The notes below the pieces were generated by a model that was given only the letters and a program-made list of their open reading frames with translations, did not search any database and was not told the origin of the DNA. A stretch of 64,000 nucleotides of DNA from the human T2T-CHM13v2.0 reference genome, Homo sapiens. Position numbers and translations under genes: made by a program. Location of the stretch: assembly GCF_009914755.1 (NCBI RefSeq), contig NC_060928.1, one strand, 5' to 3'. Shown here piece by piece: positions 43,534 to 59,098 of this stretch (position 1 is the first letter of the stretch; each line of letters starts with the position of its first letter).

Positions 43534-45997
43534 GCTTGAAGGTGAGATTGTTGATTATCAGTTATTAGTAATGGTAATTGTTATTGGAAAGAGTAGCACA
43601 AGACAAAGAGAGTTAGGAGCAAGAGGAGAGGTTAAGATGGTAACTGTTTAAGATTGAAATTGTAAGTAATAATTAAGAACTTTAAGCTGCCAAAAGAAGA
43701 AATCTTGGATAAAGTGCTTTTAGGTGTCTAAGAAGCTACTGGGTGAGGTTACTCTGAGCTTGGGAGAAGAGAGGCTTACACTTGGCAGGAAACGTTTTGT
43801 AAAGGGTGAGAGGGGAAGGCAAAGGCCATTCGGTGGGTTGAACAATGCTGTGAAAATGGGCAAGCCTCACCTCCAAACTCCTCTGAAATAACTTCTCACT
43901 AAAACTCATGATTTTCTGACACAGCTCCTGCTGCCTTTCTGGTCTTTATTTTCTCTGTTTCTCTGCCAGTTCCCCTGCCTGCTTCTTTGAGGTTCATATG
44001 ATACCAGGATCCTCTTTCAGCCAGATTCCTTTCTCTCAGTACAGGTATTCCTACCTGGCTTCACCTATCCATAATATTCTGATAATACCAGAATGTATAT
44101 TTTTACCTCTTTTTTAAAAGAGATTGGTGTCAATCTGCATGTTTTAGGTACTTCAAATGAAACAAGTTCAAATGTGAACTTACTATTTTTTCCTCAAACT
44201 CATTTCTCCTCCTTTATTATCCATGTCAATGGCTTTACTATTTATCCAGTCACTCAAGCTAGAAACCATGCTACCATCTTGAATTCTCCCATTTCTTTAC
44301 TGACACTCTTATTTCAGTTCCCCTTCCCCCCAAATTGCCTTCATCTAATTTATTGATTTGCTTTAGAAACATCATTTATATCTCTTTGCTTTACTGTCTC
44401 TCAGCATTCTTCCTGACATTCTTTCCTCAAAGCTCTAATCAGCTTTCAAATGCACATGCATAGGCCAAGGCAAATTTTAAAAACCCGATGGTGCTATTCA
44501 AATATGCTACCATAATTACTTTCTTCTTCCATCATGAATTGGCCACCCAAGAATAGAACTATAGTTTCTTAAACACTAAATAATTCAAAGCAATATGTTA
44601 AATATTTTAAATATAGAGATGGTAAAGATGATGCATTCCTTTCTCCTGCAAGTCCTTTGCTTGGTAAACATAAGGACTAAAGAGTATATAATTTTGAGGT
44701 TCTAGATACAGCATTTAATTCCTTGTTTGTATGAATTTACTTCTTTAGGAATTTATCTTTCCATGAAATCATCAATTCCAGGTTTAGAGTTATGAGAAGT
44801 AAACTGAGACAGGTATTATGACTGGAAACTAGGTGGTTTACAGTTCAGCTATTTGGAAATGCTATCTTTCCTCATACTAATTTTTTAAATCTAATGCTTT
44901 ATGAAGATTAAATAAGACGGCATTCAGATTAATATACACCCAAGGAGAACAATGTAAATGTTTCTCTAATGTTGGCACTGTGAACACTTACTTCTTTCAA
45001 AACATTCAGGTTTGGCATCACTGGGAATTACTGAAGAGACTAAAAAGTTTCAGAATCTGGATTCAGATTTCACATCTATTTACCTTGAAATGAGATCAAA
45101 CGTTGCACAAAACGTTCTTCCTAAAAATAGACCTTTTAACATTCTGAATTAAAAGCATAAAACCTGAAGCTAGAAACCGGTTCTGTAATACTGATCCCAG
45201 GAAAAGACTTTGCTTATTCTGCTAAAAGTCTAGAACCCAGTTTAAAGTGGAAAAAATTAAACTTCATTACAAGAACCAGTGTTTTCACTGGAATCTATTC
45301 CTATCTTTACTGGTACATTTGTAAAAGTGTGTTGCATAACTGTTGAGAGACCTGACCGGGTAAGGCTCTGTATAACACCAAAATATAAAATAAAATAAAT
45401 ATAGTTACCTGTTAGTCCACGACAGTATCAGTCCTTCTTAGTCTAACATGTATTGTCATTGTAGTTTGAGATATCAAAAAGCAATAATATTCAACTTTTT
45501 ATCTGTCTTTATAAAGATTACAATATTTTAGTAATTTAGGAATGGCTATTAATGTTCCAATTTTTTTTCAACATTTAGTCCTATATGCCTTTGAACTTTC
45601 CATAAATTGCTTCAAACTATTTAAAAACTAAAGCTATTTTTAAATTAAATATAAAAATTGGAAAAATTGGGAAAAGAAACTAGAGTCATCCAATATAAGT
45701 GATCTTTTGAGAAATTTTGGCACAAAGGGGAAGATGGGGTCAAATAAGATTTTCTTTTTTTTTTAAGATGGGAGAAATAACTGCATACCTGTAGGCTGTT
45801 GGAAATAATCTAGTAGAGAGAGGAAAATTGGAGAAATAGGAGACAGAGGGAAGAATTGCTGGCAAATGGGATCTAGTGCACATGTGGAGGAATTAGCTTT
45901 AGATAAAAACACAGATGGCTCACTAAAGACAGAGTCCACAGGTGCGAATGCTGTAAAGATATGAAGAGGGGAATTGAGAAATACTTTTCTGATAGCT

Positions 45998-46315
<318 letters not shown>

Positions 46316-46896
46316 CTGATAGCTTCAATTTTTTCAGTGACAGGAGAAGAAGTTTCTCCACTGAGACCAACGATGGAGGAAAGCACTGAAAGTTTGCAGA
46401 GACGAGACAAGGGAAGGCGTCCATTGAGGACAGCGGGAAAAGGAGTAGACTGGGGGAAGCACAGTGGGACCACCAGGCCACTTTATGGGATGTTTGAGGT
46501 TCACACGCATCAAGCATTTCACCAACCCCATTTAGCTGCTCTGGTGCAGCAGGGAATAGGTGGAAACTTGGATTAATTAGCACTGTGACTTGCCAAGTGA
46601 GATAAAAGCAAGAGAGTTAAGGATGACTGCATGGGAGTGACTGTAATGACAGTGGAATTTAAACTAGATAAGGAGCAAAAAGGAAACGAAGAAGACGAAA
46701 GTGAGTGCAAAGCAAGTAGAATCACAGGAATGGTCTTTTCAGTAGGTTTTGAGGATTTCTGAAGTCCGAGACATAAAGGGAATGTGCAGGAAGGAAAGGA
46801 GATGGTCATAAACGAAGTAAAGGAAATTGAAATAAGAGGGCTGTGTTTTTTAGTAATGGCAAATTAGGGTAGTTGAGACAGGTGGAAGACAAAATC

Positions 46897-47018
46897 TTTT
46901 TTTTTTTCCTTTTTTTGGAGACGGAGTCTCATTTTGTCATCCAAGCTGGAGTGCAGAGGCGTGATCTAGGCTCACTGCAACCTCTCGGATTCAAGGGATT
47001 TTCCTGTCTCAGCCTCTC
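46897..47018 (-). mobile_element. 5'-truncated Alu (part of right arm)
   Basis: poly-T + gagacggagtctc...ctcagcctc; degenerate TSD gaaga(c/g)aa(a/c)atctt. Confidence 0.85.
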
Positions 47019-48139
47019 AGAAGAGAACATCTTCATAGGAGAGGAGCTCTAGGAACTGAGAATGCAGGAAATTGGAAGAAATATACATTAATAGCCAAGA
47101 ATTTAGACAGGACTGGGGAGCCAGGAACAAACATTTGAGATGTTGGGCTTTTAATGGAGTTGCCACGGATGACAGCATCATGAGAAATGAGGTTTAAAAA
47201 TGGAGGATTGTTCGAGGAGGGAGGAGGGCTGATCTGAAAGCCACAAGGAGGACAAATGGAACACCTACCCCCACTACAGGCTGGAAGGTAAGAAGGCTGC
47301 AAGAGAGAAACAGATAAAAAAAACTCATGCCTTGAGAGTGCTTCGGGAGAAGCCATTTCCTCAGGGAAGAACATTAAGAGTAAAAATATAATATAATTAC
47401 TATTGTTAATGAAACTGTTGACTCTTGGAAGATAGGACAGGTTTGTAATTTTTTTTCTCCTGCAGCATCTGGCATAATGTGTTGCACTTAGTAGGAAATG
47501 TTTTTTAACTGGATTTCATTTTATTGCACTATCACTTTACTTCTACTGTTTAAACAAAAGCTGGTTACATTGGACTCAAACTCACAAGGCAAAGCTATAA
47601 TATAATGGGTATTTTATTTCACTCTGTTAGAAATATTTAGTAACCACTGAAGTTGTAAAAGGAAGATGAAAACATGACTGTAAGGAATTTATGTTTAATA
47701 ATGTTGCTGGAAGGATAAAATGACAATGTGAGACTAAACACTTTGCAAAGAAGGCTATCTAAAAAATTTTGTAGGTGGTAGGTGAATGAGGTGGACATAA
47801 AGACTGATAGAGAACAAATTATACTATGATACATACAATAAGTTAAAACTTGAACTACGGTTATAGAAATCCTAAGGATAGCATTCACAAGGCATAAGAT
47901 CAAGCAGTAATCCTGATGAATTTGCAAAGACAAAAATAGAGCTAAGAGTAAACTTCCTCATTTTTGCCCATGATCTTCCTTCTTAAATACTCTTACTAAG
48001 TGAATTGCATAAATCTATATATTTTTGTGAGATATCAATGAGAAATATTTAAGTATATATAATTACATTTTTTCTTTTTTCTGTACCCTAGGAAAATTGG
48101 ATTGAAAATTGATAAATCCATTTCCATTCATTAGATGGA

Positions 48140-48464
48140 GTCTTAGTACTTTTAGTCTGCTACGTTAAAAAAATACCATAAACTGGATGGCTTATAAACA
48201 ATAGAAATTTTGTCACGGTTCTGGAGGCTGGGAATTCCAAGATTGAGATTTTAGCAAATTTGGTGTCTGGTGAGCACCTGCTTTCTGATTCACAGACTGC
48301 ACCATCTCCTTGTGTCCACATGGTGGAAGGGGCAAACAAGCTCCCTTGGGCCTATTAAAATAGGAGCACCAGTCCCAAAAGGCCCCGCTTCCTAATTCCA
48401 TCACCTGAGGGTTTAAGATGTCAACATGAAAATTTTAGGGAGACACAAGCATTGAGCCCAAAGC
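48140..48464 (-). mobile_element. MLT1 solo LTR
   Basis: aaataccataaactggatggcttataaacaatagaaattt...ggttctggaggctgggaa. Confidence 0.75.
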
Positions 48465-49049
48465 AAATGGTATCTTCAGTGGTAGCTCTTACTGAATGGT
48501 AGAGTGAAAGAGGGGCAAAAACAGAAACAGAATAAAAAGGCATTCATATATAGACTTAGGAAAGGATGACAAAATAGAGAATATTTTAGTTCTTTCCTGC
48601 CTCTTTGATTTTTTTAAGGTTTGTTAACAGGATTGATCAATCATTCCAGACATAAAACATCACTGTTGTAAATATTTTTGGAGTATCTTTTTATTCTTTT
48701 TTTTATATATACACATTTCCAACAAAATTGGAATCATAATACTCATACTGGTTTTGTATATATCTTAAAATTTAATAACTATTTTTCTCTTTTCTAAACA
48801 TTTACATCATATGATTTTAGTGGCTAAATATAGTTATGAGTTTTAACTGCTTTCTATTATTGAGTGTTAAATTTGTTTCCAGTAATGGATATTTATGGCT
48901 TTTCCCTAAAATAATTTTCTGGAAGTATATGCCTTTAAATAGATATTTTTAAATTATATGCCAGAAAATTTTAAAAGATTAAAATGTGAAATTCTTTTTA
49001 GCTCAAGGGGAGATTTTTTTTTCGAGTGTACCTAATGGTAAAGAATTGA

Positions 49050-49239
49050 GCCGGGCGCGGTGGCTCACGCCTGTAATCCCAGCACTTTGGGAGGCCGAGG
49101 CGGGCGGATCACGAGGTCAGGAGATCGGGACCACGGTGAAACCCCGTCTCTACTAAAAATACAAAAAATTAGCCGGGCGCAGTGGCGGGCGCCTGTAGTC
49201 CCAGCTACTCGGGAGGCTGAGGCAGGAGAAAAAAAAAAA
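49050..49239 (+). mobile_element. Young AluY of the Yd lineage, 3'-truncated
   Basis: 12-bp left-arm deletion (gacc^acggtgaaa), gggcgcagtggc, CpGs intact, ends at aggagaa + A run; TSD aaagaattgag. Confidence 0.9.
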
Positions 49240-50832
49240 GAATTGAGTGAATCTACCCGTCAGTTCATTGCACATTATCATCATTAGTATTAAGAAGAAG
49301 CCAATCTATTCTTTTGGTAGTCTTCATCCAAGATTTCAATTTCATTTTTCTCCTCCATAGAAAACAATTCTTCTGGTTTGATATATGATTTGAATACATA
49401 TGCAGTGTTTAAAAATAATCTCTATTTTATATCTTGATGGTAATTTATTAATTTCACTTAATCTGCTATTTATTTCATATAAATTATGTCTAAGAAATAT
49501 TTCACATTCATTTGCTATTCAAGCAATTGTGCTTATATATATGCATGTTTATGTATGTCCACCTGGTTTATTGGTTCTAACTGCATTCTGGAGTTCATAA
49601 TGTATACCCACCACTTTTTAATCTTAATTTATTTAGTAATAAGCACTTTGTTGCCCTCCAAAACACCAGCACCAAAAACAGTGCTCATGTATTCTCAGAC
49701 ATGCTCCACCTTCGTACTACAATAGTCAATACCCACAACGGTCATGAATCTCATTGAGAATTTCTATGGGTTATAAAACCTATAAATTGGTAGAGTAGGT
49801 CATTGGGTACCTGCATTCTTAATTTGACTAAATATTACCAGATTGCTTTTCAGAAAATCTTCACCAGTTTATAAGACGACAAGCAATGTCTAAGAATTTG
49901 TTTCCTAGTGGATGATATTTTGATATCCTGTTGTTTTATGGTTTTGTTTTGGCAGTAAAGAATAACATTTATATTAAATGTGTTTCCTATATAAAATGAA
50001 GAGAAGATTTGTTGTTCCCCAAGGAACTCTAGCTCTGTAAGATTAATTTTAATGCTTAGATTGACTTAAGCCTTGCTTCACTGGGGGTGATGAAGATATC
50101 CATGTAATTACTAAAGATGTAGGCTGAATCTATTCATATTTTAAGAACATAATTTAAAAAATTGTTCAGCACACTTCATTATCAGTTGCCTTTGGTAATT
50201 TTTTTTTTTTTTGAGACACAGAAACACACAGAGAAATGATGAGACCTGCAGTTAAGAGAAGCGGTAAATAGAATCCAGCATTAAGAAAACTCAGAGGTTG
50301 TAATTGACAGAAAAGGACTTTAATGTAGCTATCATAAATATATTGAAGCACAAAACAAATAACATGCTATGATTATAATGAATGAATAGATATGAAATGT
50401 CATCTGAGAAATAGAAACTATGAAGAATCATCAAATAATATTCTAGAACTGAAAATTGCAACACACAAATAAAACACTCATTTGATGAGATTAACTGCAG
50501 ATTAAAGAGAGCATAAGAGAGGGCTAGGGAATGTGAAGATAAATTAGTAGAAATTATCTAATATGAAGGACAGAAAGAAAAAAACTAAAAATATGAACAG
50601 AGAGTCTGCAAACTGTGGTTATTTTCAAATAAATGAAAGCATTAAAGGAATGCTATAACGAGTTATGATCATGCCACCACACTCCAGCCTGGGTGACAAA
50701 GTAAGGCCATCTCAATAAAAAAGAGTGCTACAGGTAGGTTTTCAGGCTGAATTAAAAAATGACTCCAGATGGGTACTCAAATCCACAGGAAGAAATGAAA
50801 AGTATTACTAATCGTAAAAACATGAATATTGT

Positions 50833-51054
50833 TTCTTTTTTCTTTTCTTTTTTTTCTTTCCTTCCTTTTCCTTTCCTTCTTTTCTTTCTTTTTTTTTTTT
50901 TTTTTTGGAGGTAGGGTCTCACTCTGGTGCCCAAGCTGGAGTGCTGTGGCACCATCAGGTCTCACTGCAGCTTTGACCTCCTAGGCTCAAGCAATCCTCC
51001 CACTTTGGCCTCCCAAAGTGTTGGGATTACAGGCATGAGCCCCCACACCTGGCT
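50833..51054 (-). mobile_element. Free Alu monomer (FLAM-like) with long pyrimidine tail
   Basis: Single monomer: agggtctcactct...ggctcaagcaatcctcc...ggattacaggcatgagc. Confidence 0.8.
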
Positions 51055-51239
51055 CAAATATGCATGTTTAGCAAATATCTTTTATACTTCTTTTACTTTT
51101 AAAAAAGTCAATTTAGTATAAAAATAAAAACATAATATTGTGTAATGGGTTTGTAACATATACATGTACATATGTACATGTACATATTTGTAACATATAC
51201 AAATAAAAAAGATGACAATAATAGCGTGCAGAATTGTAA

Positions 51240-51574
<335 letters not shown>

Positions 51575-53781
51575 TCAATGTTCTTCCATTTTTTATGAAG
51601 TAGTATAACAATACAACTATGAGTTCTTACTAAAAAGCCATTAGAAGAATTAAAATAGAATACAAAAATATTTGGTTAGCTAAAAGTGGCAGAAGAGGAA
51701 GAACACAGGACTAAAAAACAAATAGGACAAATAGAACACAATAGCAAAACAGTAAACCTAAATCAAACCAATGATTATGTTAAACACAAATAGAATATAC
51801 ATTACAATTAAAAGGCCAGATTGTCAGACTGTATATAAAGCAAAACCAAATGGTGAGCTTTGTTTAGAAGGAAACAAGTAGCTTAAAAGAAAGGAACGGA
51901 AAAATATATGCCATGGAATACTAAGTATCAGAAAGCTAAAATAGCTCTATTATTATCAGAAAAATCAAGAAAGAAATTTCACAGTGATAATGGGGTAATT
52001 TTTGAGGGAGACATATCCATTATAGATGAGTATGCACCTAACAACAGAGCTTCAAAATACAAAAGCAAAATGGTTAAGATATAGGGAGGAATTAAAAAAT
52101 CCAAACATGTATTTGAATATCTTACAGTCCTTTTTAGTAATGATAGAAAATTAGACCAAGAATTCAGTAGCAAATCAGTGCAGGAATAAGATATCTACAC
52201 AATTCTACTAACTATCTTGGCTTAACGGAAAATAATAAATTGTAATCTATTGAATAAAATAAAAATCTGAATTTATATTATATGCAAATTAAAAAGATTA
52301 ACAAGAGATAGGATATTTACACAGTCTTAAAATAGCTCCCTACAAATTGCTTATTAATTATATAGGGGTAGATAGTTAATTTATGGTTGACGATTCTGGT
52401 GGGTGACATCACCTTAATGAAGAGATCAATGTTCACTTCACTGTATCAGGACAAACTGATACCAAGTGCTTGCTGACATGATGCAGTGAAAGGAATACAA
52501 TGTCATTTTCTGAATCAAATCATAAGGAATCATCAGAAAAAAAAACACAATGAGAAATATTCTTTAAAGTAGCTGATCTACACTTTTGAAAACTGTCAAC
52601 ACAAAGACAGCAAAGAAAATCTGTGAAACTATCTTAGAGTAAAGGAGTCTGAAGAGACATGAGCATGACATGCAGTGTGATCCTGGATTGGATCCTAAAC
52701 TGTGGAAAATAGCTCTGTAAGGCATTATAAGACAATTGATAAATTTGAAATATGATCTGCGGTTTTATACTATTGTTTCTGTGTTTCATTTCCCAATTTG
52801 GTTAATTTGTATCTGATCATATAAAGAGAATGTCCATGTCTTAGGAAATATTGTTAATAATTTCATCTTCTCTCTTTGAACTCCAAACCCCTAAAATAAC
52901 TGATATTTATACTTTGGTATTTATCATTCCACATATGTTACTGGGTCAATGCAAAAACACATTGGCATACATATACATATATTTTTTTTTTAATAAAAGT
53001 GGCACTATACAATACACATCTGTTGGAAATTATCTTTTTCTTTTTTACCTTTAAAAGATATATTGGGCATCACTTCAGATAAAAAAATATAAATCTTTAT
53101 TTTTAATCATAGTATAATATTACATAGGCTGAATAAACCTTAATTTATTCAAGCAGTGCATTCTTAATGGAATTCAGTTTGTTTTCTAGATTTTTGCTAT
53201 TATAAACAATACTGTAATAAACTTCTTGTGTTCAAGTGATTTTGATTCTTTAGGGGACATTTCCCAAAGTCTATTTGGTTGATATACATATTTTAAAATT
53301 GTCTGTGTACTCATTTTTAATTTTATAATTAAACTTTGGCAAAAATATGTGTTACAAATAGTGAATTTTCTGCAATTATTAATTTAATAAAACAATGACA
53401 ATCAAGAATTAACTTTGTATACTGAACATATTCTAAATATCCCTAGCATCAAAACCCTATAATTAGCTAAATAATATCTAATTTTCCGAAGAGAAAAACA
53501 GAACAAGAATACAGTTGAATGAGAAATGTTTTGGAAAAAATATTTCTTTATTCACAAATAAATGAATTTTTTTTTTACTAACAATTTAACTTTCCACCCC
53601 AATCACATAGATCAATATTGAATACTAATTTTCTCTAGGTAGATTGTTAAATCTCATTATTTTGAGATTTTCTACATTGCAAACAAGAATATTTGACTGG
53701 AATGTCAACTGAAATCATTTGAAAAACTATCATTTTTGTATTTCATTATCAGTTTTCACACTTCTCTCCTCCATTATGAAA

Positions 53782-54230
53782 CGTTATGGATTAAGTTCTG
53801 TCTTCCCTCAAAACTCGTATGTTGACGTCCTAACCCCCAAAACTTCAGAATGAGACATTATTTGGAAATGAGGTTTTTGCACATGTAAATTATGGTGAGA
53901 ATGAGGTCATACTGAAGTAGAATGGGCTCCTGACTGTTGTCCTTTTTAAGAAAGGAAATTTGGCTAGAAATTCACACAGGCTCAACATCATCTAAAGATG
54001 AAGGCAAAGAGAGGAGTGATGCTTTTACAAGCCAAGAAATGCCAGAGATTGCCAGCAAATCACCAACCAGAGGCTAAGGCATGGAACAAATTTTCCTACA
54101 GAAGGAACCAAACCTTCTGACACCTTGATCTCAGGCTTCTAGCCACCACAACTGTGAGACCATAAATTCCTGTTGTTGAAGCCACCCAGTTTGTGGTACT
54201 TTGTTATGGCAGCACTAGCCGACTAAAGCA
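53782..54230 (+). mobile_element. MLT1 solo LTR
   Basis: gttatggattaagttctgtc...aagccacccagtttgtggtactttgttatggcagc. Confidence 0.82.
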
Positions 54231-54793
54231 GGAAGCAAAGAAGAAAAGATGATCTAAGTTGTTGCTCAACATTTGATTCCTAGTGCATATTAGTATTCGC
54301 ATACTTAAACTAGAAAATATCAAGTACCATTTTAAACTTTTTCTAATATAATTTAGATGCATCTGCTTTATATTTGCACTTTAGTATCATCAATTTGGAT
54401 TGTAGAATCCTAAATAGTTTCACAGAAACTACAGAACTGAGTCTTAAAATAAACGTTTTGGCTATTAAATCACAGATGGTCACCAGAAAGCTTACTGCAA
54501 TTTTCTACCCTACCGCAAAAAATGAAATTGGTTGTTTTTTCCATGCTGTTATAATTGTGGAAGGGAAATGAGGTAACACGATTTATAAAAATGGTTTTTT
54601 ATAGGTATTATTTTTTAAGTTGCCTTTAGTATTATTTTTTCTTTCCTTCAGAACATTTACTCTTTTTGTTGTTGTTGCTTGTATTGTTTTTAGATTTTAG
54701 TAGCATACTGTAAAGGTTTTGGAATGGCTTGTAGCATTTTAGTATATAATGGGGCACAAAACAGGTTGTCCTCCGTCTATTTAATTCAGGATC

Positions 54794-55122
<329 letters not shown>

Positions 55123-56434
55123 CTATAAGGCTCACATGCGAAAAGGATATGTTTTAGGCAAATGCTTTATAATAAACAACTCTGAGAATTTTCTAGGACC
55201 TGAGCTTTCATGAACACTGATGGTGATAATTTGTGATGACTTGGCAGACACAGAGAGAGGAACATGTTCATAATAAGAAGATAAATAATTGAAGAAATGA
55301 TTTTCCTTTTTTTTTTTGACATTTCCATAAAATCAAATCTGAGCTTTATTGTGGTAAGAACTGACATTGTGGGAAAAAAAAAAAAAAAGAGAGCTTTCCT
55401 GTCCCCATCGATATCTCTTTAAGATAGCAAAGGAGAACAATAACACAAATGACATCTCCAAATAATTTCTAAACTTCTTGGCATACATTTAATTTTCTTC
55501 ACTTTCACTAATAAAGTTAATTTTTAAGCTTTCTTCCCTAGTTTATTTTCCAGAAGAGACTTTTCATGAACAATGTGAAAACCAAATTATAGTAGAACTA
55601 ATATGCAAAATGCAACCTGAATTGATTCATTTCAAACGCAAATGTGTAGTTAAATATTTTCTCTTATTGATTCTCATTTAATTATGAAATATTGTTTTAA
55701 TTTAATATTTTGTAGCCTAAAGACTTTAGAGTATATCATATTACTGATTTAACTGTTAGTTAGAAACACTATACTGCACTGTGCTTGAATTTAAGCAGTA
55801 GTACCTCATTTTAAGAGTTTTTTTATAATTGTTTTGCTAGAATAATTTTTCAATGGAAATATATCAGAGGAATATAAAAATTATTCTATGGATTGACTCA
55901 TAATTAGACCTTTCGTGTATTTTAAGGTCAATACATAAAGTAAAACAGGAACCATTTTTAGAACATAAAAAAGGCTCAATAATCTATAGTCAAAAATGGC
56001 CTTTATAAAAGCATAGAATACTGACTTTTTATGTTTTAACTGCACCAATAACAGCAGCAGCATTATCAGGTCATAGGTCATGTTTTTAAACTTGCTGGCC
56101 ACGTTTTAAACTTTGCCAGTTCTCAAAGAATGTAGTAGAACTTATGTTGAAATTATGTTGCACACACTACTTTATATTGGGTGTTAGCAAATCTCTTCAT
56201 ATGGTATTGCTCCTCCCATGATGTGAGCAGTTTGCATGAAGATTCATCTTTGCATGCTCCATCAAACTCAGCACACAGCCATCCATATGTTAGGCCCTCA
56301 GGAAGTACTCATAGAATAGAACGTTTCTCAGATGGAAAGAACTGTGAACAAATTCTTAAGAGATCAGAGTTTTCAGTCTGTTTCTCCCCCCGTGAATTTC
56401 CTGTCCTTGTTTTGTTCACAGTATCTCTTTAGTT

Positions 56435-57122
56435 TGTAACCCAAAAAATCTGAGACAGGTCTCAATCAGTTTGGAAAGCTTATTTTGCCAAGGTTAAGGA
56501 TGTGCCGGTGACACAGCCTCAGGAGGTCCTGATGACATGTACCCAAGGTGGTTGGGTTCAGCTTGCTTTTGTACATTTTAGAGAGACATGAGACATCAAT
56601 CAATATATGTAAGATGTACATTGGTTCCGTCATAGGAAGATAAAAGGCAATTCTTTTTGACAAGTCTTTTGCGTTCTCTTGAGTCTCTGATTAGCTTTTC
56701 ACTGAATACACAATTTACATATGAGAGGAGGGTAGAGGAATAGTCATTTATGCCTTAGTCTGGCTTAGTGAATCTGCATTTTTAAGTAAACAATAAGGTA
56801 GAGGAAGCAATCAGATATGTATTTGTCTCAGGTGAGCGGAGGGATGACTTTCTGCCCTGCACCTGTGAAGATGAGCTATCAGTTTACATTGCCAGGGTGA
56901 AATTCAACAGAACTGGAATTTCACCCTGAAATTTCCTCAAGGTCTTTACCCTATTCCTTGTGTGCAAATTCCTTGTGGGCGAATTGTCAGGCAGGCATGT
57001 AGCTTTCTTAGCTATCTTTTTTAGGAATAAAATAGGAGGCAGGTTTTCCTGACGCAGTTCCAGCTTGACTTTTCCTTTTGGCTTAGAGATTTGGGGGTCC
57101 CGAGATTTATTTCCCTTTCACA
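56435..57122 (-). mobile_element. MER4A-like ERV1 solo LTR
   Basis: Minus strand begins TGTGAAAGGGAAATAAATCTCGGGACCCCAAA; TG...CA ends; 4-bp TSD agtt/ggtt. Confidence 0.82.
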
Positions 57123-57916
57123 GGTTCCATAGCTGAAAAAACAGAAGACTGAACTAAATAGTTTTAAGCTACTTTCAAGTCTGAAATGTGATTTCTGAGT
57201 AGTCCTCTTTTGTACTGCTTCTGGAAGTCTTTTTGTACAGACTGTTTCTTGCAAGCTTTCCTATTGCTTCAAATATGCATATCTTCAAACAGAGGAATGG
57301 ATTCTGTGTATTTTTAAAAATATTTTATAATTGTCTGTATTTAGGCTCTCCTGTGGAGAGCTGGTACTAAAAGTATAAGCTTTTATTCTCAGCCTAGTAT
57401 TTGTGTAATCTATAAGTATATATAAATGTTGGCTTCCTTGAAAAACTAATTTGTCAGTTCCTACTTTTTTTTTTAATTAATGAAAGTTTTCTCTAACTTG
57501 TTGCCAGGAGAATTTGGTATTTCAGATGTCAACTTTTCTGAAAGTAGTTTTGTTCCTTTATCATGGACTTCAGCAGTTGTTTTCAATACTCAAACTGACA
57601 GGGCGAAGGATAACAGTCTCAGCTGTGCTCCCACAGCTGGTAATTGAATGTTTCTAGCTGGCCTTGTGATGAGCAGGGCAGCCGATCTCTGCAGCCAAAC
57701 GATGCTGAGAGCTGGAAACACAACCATCAGCTTCTCTACATGCTGATGAAGACAATGACGATGCATTCTAGGCTGGTGAAGATAGAGACTGCTTTGCAGA
57801 AATAGTATGCCTTGAGTACTTTTCATTCCAGTTTTAGTTATAAAATGAGTGTGAAAATTATTGGAATGATTAGTTTGCTATTTTAAAATATGGTTACATT
57901 GAATCATACAAAGAAT

Positions 57917-57962
<46 letters not shown>

Positions 57963-57992
57963 AACATCATCTATCTATCTATCATCTATCTA
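57917..57992. repeat. Compound (TCTA)n / GATA-type STR
   Basis: (TCTA)11, then an interruption, (TCTA)3, TCA, (TCTA)2. Confidence 0.97.
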
Positions 57993-59098
57993 GAATCTTC
58001 ATCAGGACCTCTGAATGTAACCGGTTTTCTAGAGATAAGTGGGTCTAATTCCCTTAGTTTTCTACACAGACTGCTTAAACAGAAGTCAGGAAAATTGTCC
58101 TTGATTACCTCTGAGAGAAATGGTGCATGAAGGAAGGACAGGTAGAATGAGAAGGAGAGAAAGGGAAGATAGCCAAGAAAGAAGGGAGAGATTTAAAACT
58201 ATTTAAGAATATGTGGTAAGAATGATGGAAGGATGTATTAACTGGTTGTTTCATTAATGTTCAGTCACAAATTTTATTCCTCATTCTTAAAGAACTGAAT
58301 AAGATAAACTGCAAGAAACTATCATTTTCTGGAGATTTCCTATATCCTTATGTATAAATGTCTTACAACATTCTTAGGTAAGTTTTTTTCATCTGCATGA
58401 TGTTTGCAATTGTGCCTCTTAACAAATGCACCTATAGCTCAGTAACAGCAATTCTGACACAGCTCAAAATAAAGATTTGTTATTATTTCAGCAAGCAAAG
58501 TAGATATTCACCATAAGGTTTTTGGTAATTTAGGACTGAATGATTTACTTTAGAACTATGTTTAACTCCCCTTCCACCCCAACAAAAGAACATTTTAATG
58601 GCATTATATTGCTTTCAATAAACCTTTTGGAGGTAAGGAAAAGATATCCTTAATCTCTGTCCTCAGAAAGTGAGCTCACTGACCTAGACTCCTGGGTATT
58701 AAAGAAGGCTAAATGTACATATCGTACAAATCTGGTCAGAGAGAAAAATCCAGTGTGGTTTGGGATTACTCAATTACAAAGGATTGGGTGTCATTGTAGG
58801 TACTGAAAGAGGGATCATGATCATTCCATTAACCCTAACCATTACCTTTGGAAAAAAGTATCAAGGCAAAGAAAAGAATAAGCAGAAGCTTCAGTTTGTT
58901 GTTTCAGAATTGTTGACTTTAAAAGAACACAAATACATTAAATAAACAAACAAACATGGAACCAAAGAAAACTTTCAATACACCCTTAAGACATCTGTCA
59001 CAGGGTATTCGTATTATGATTAGGTACTTATTCCCATAGTGATTTTCATTTTTAGGTTAAAATTTAAATGAGTATCATCCCCTCCCCTTAGTTTATTC

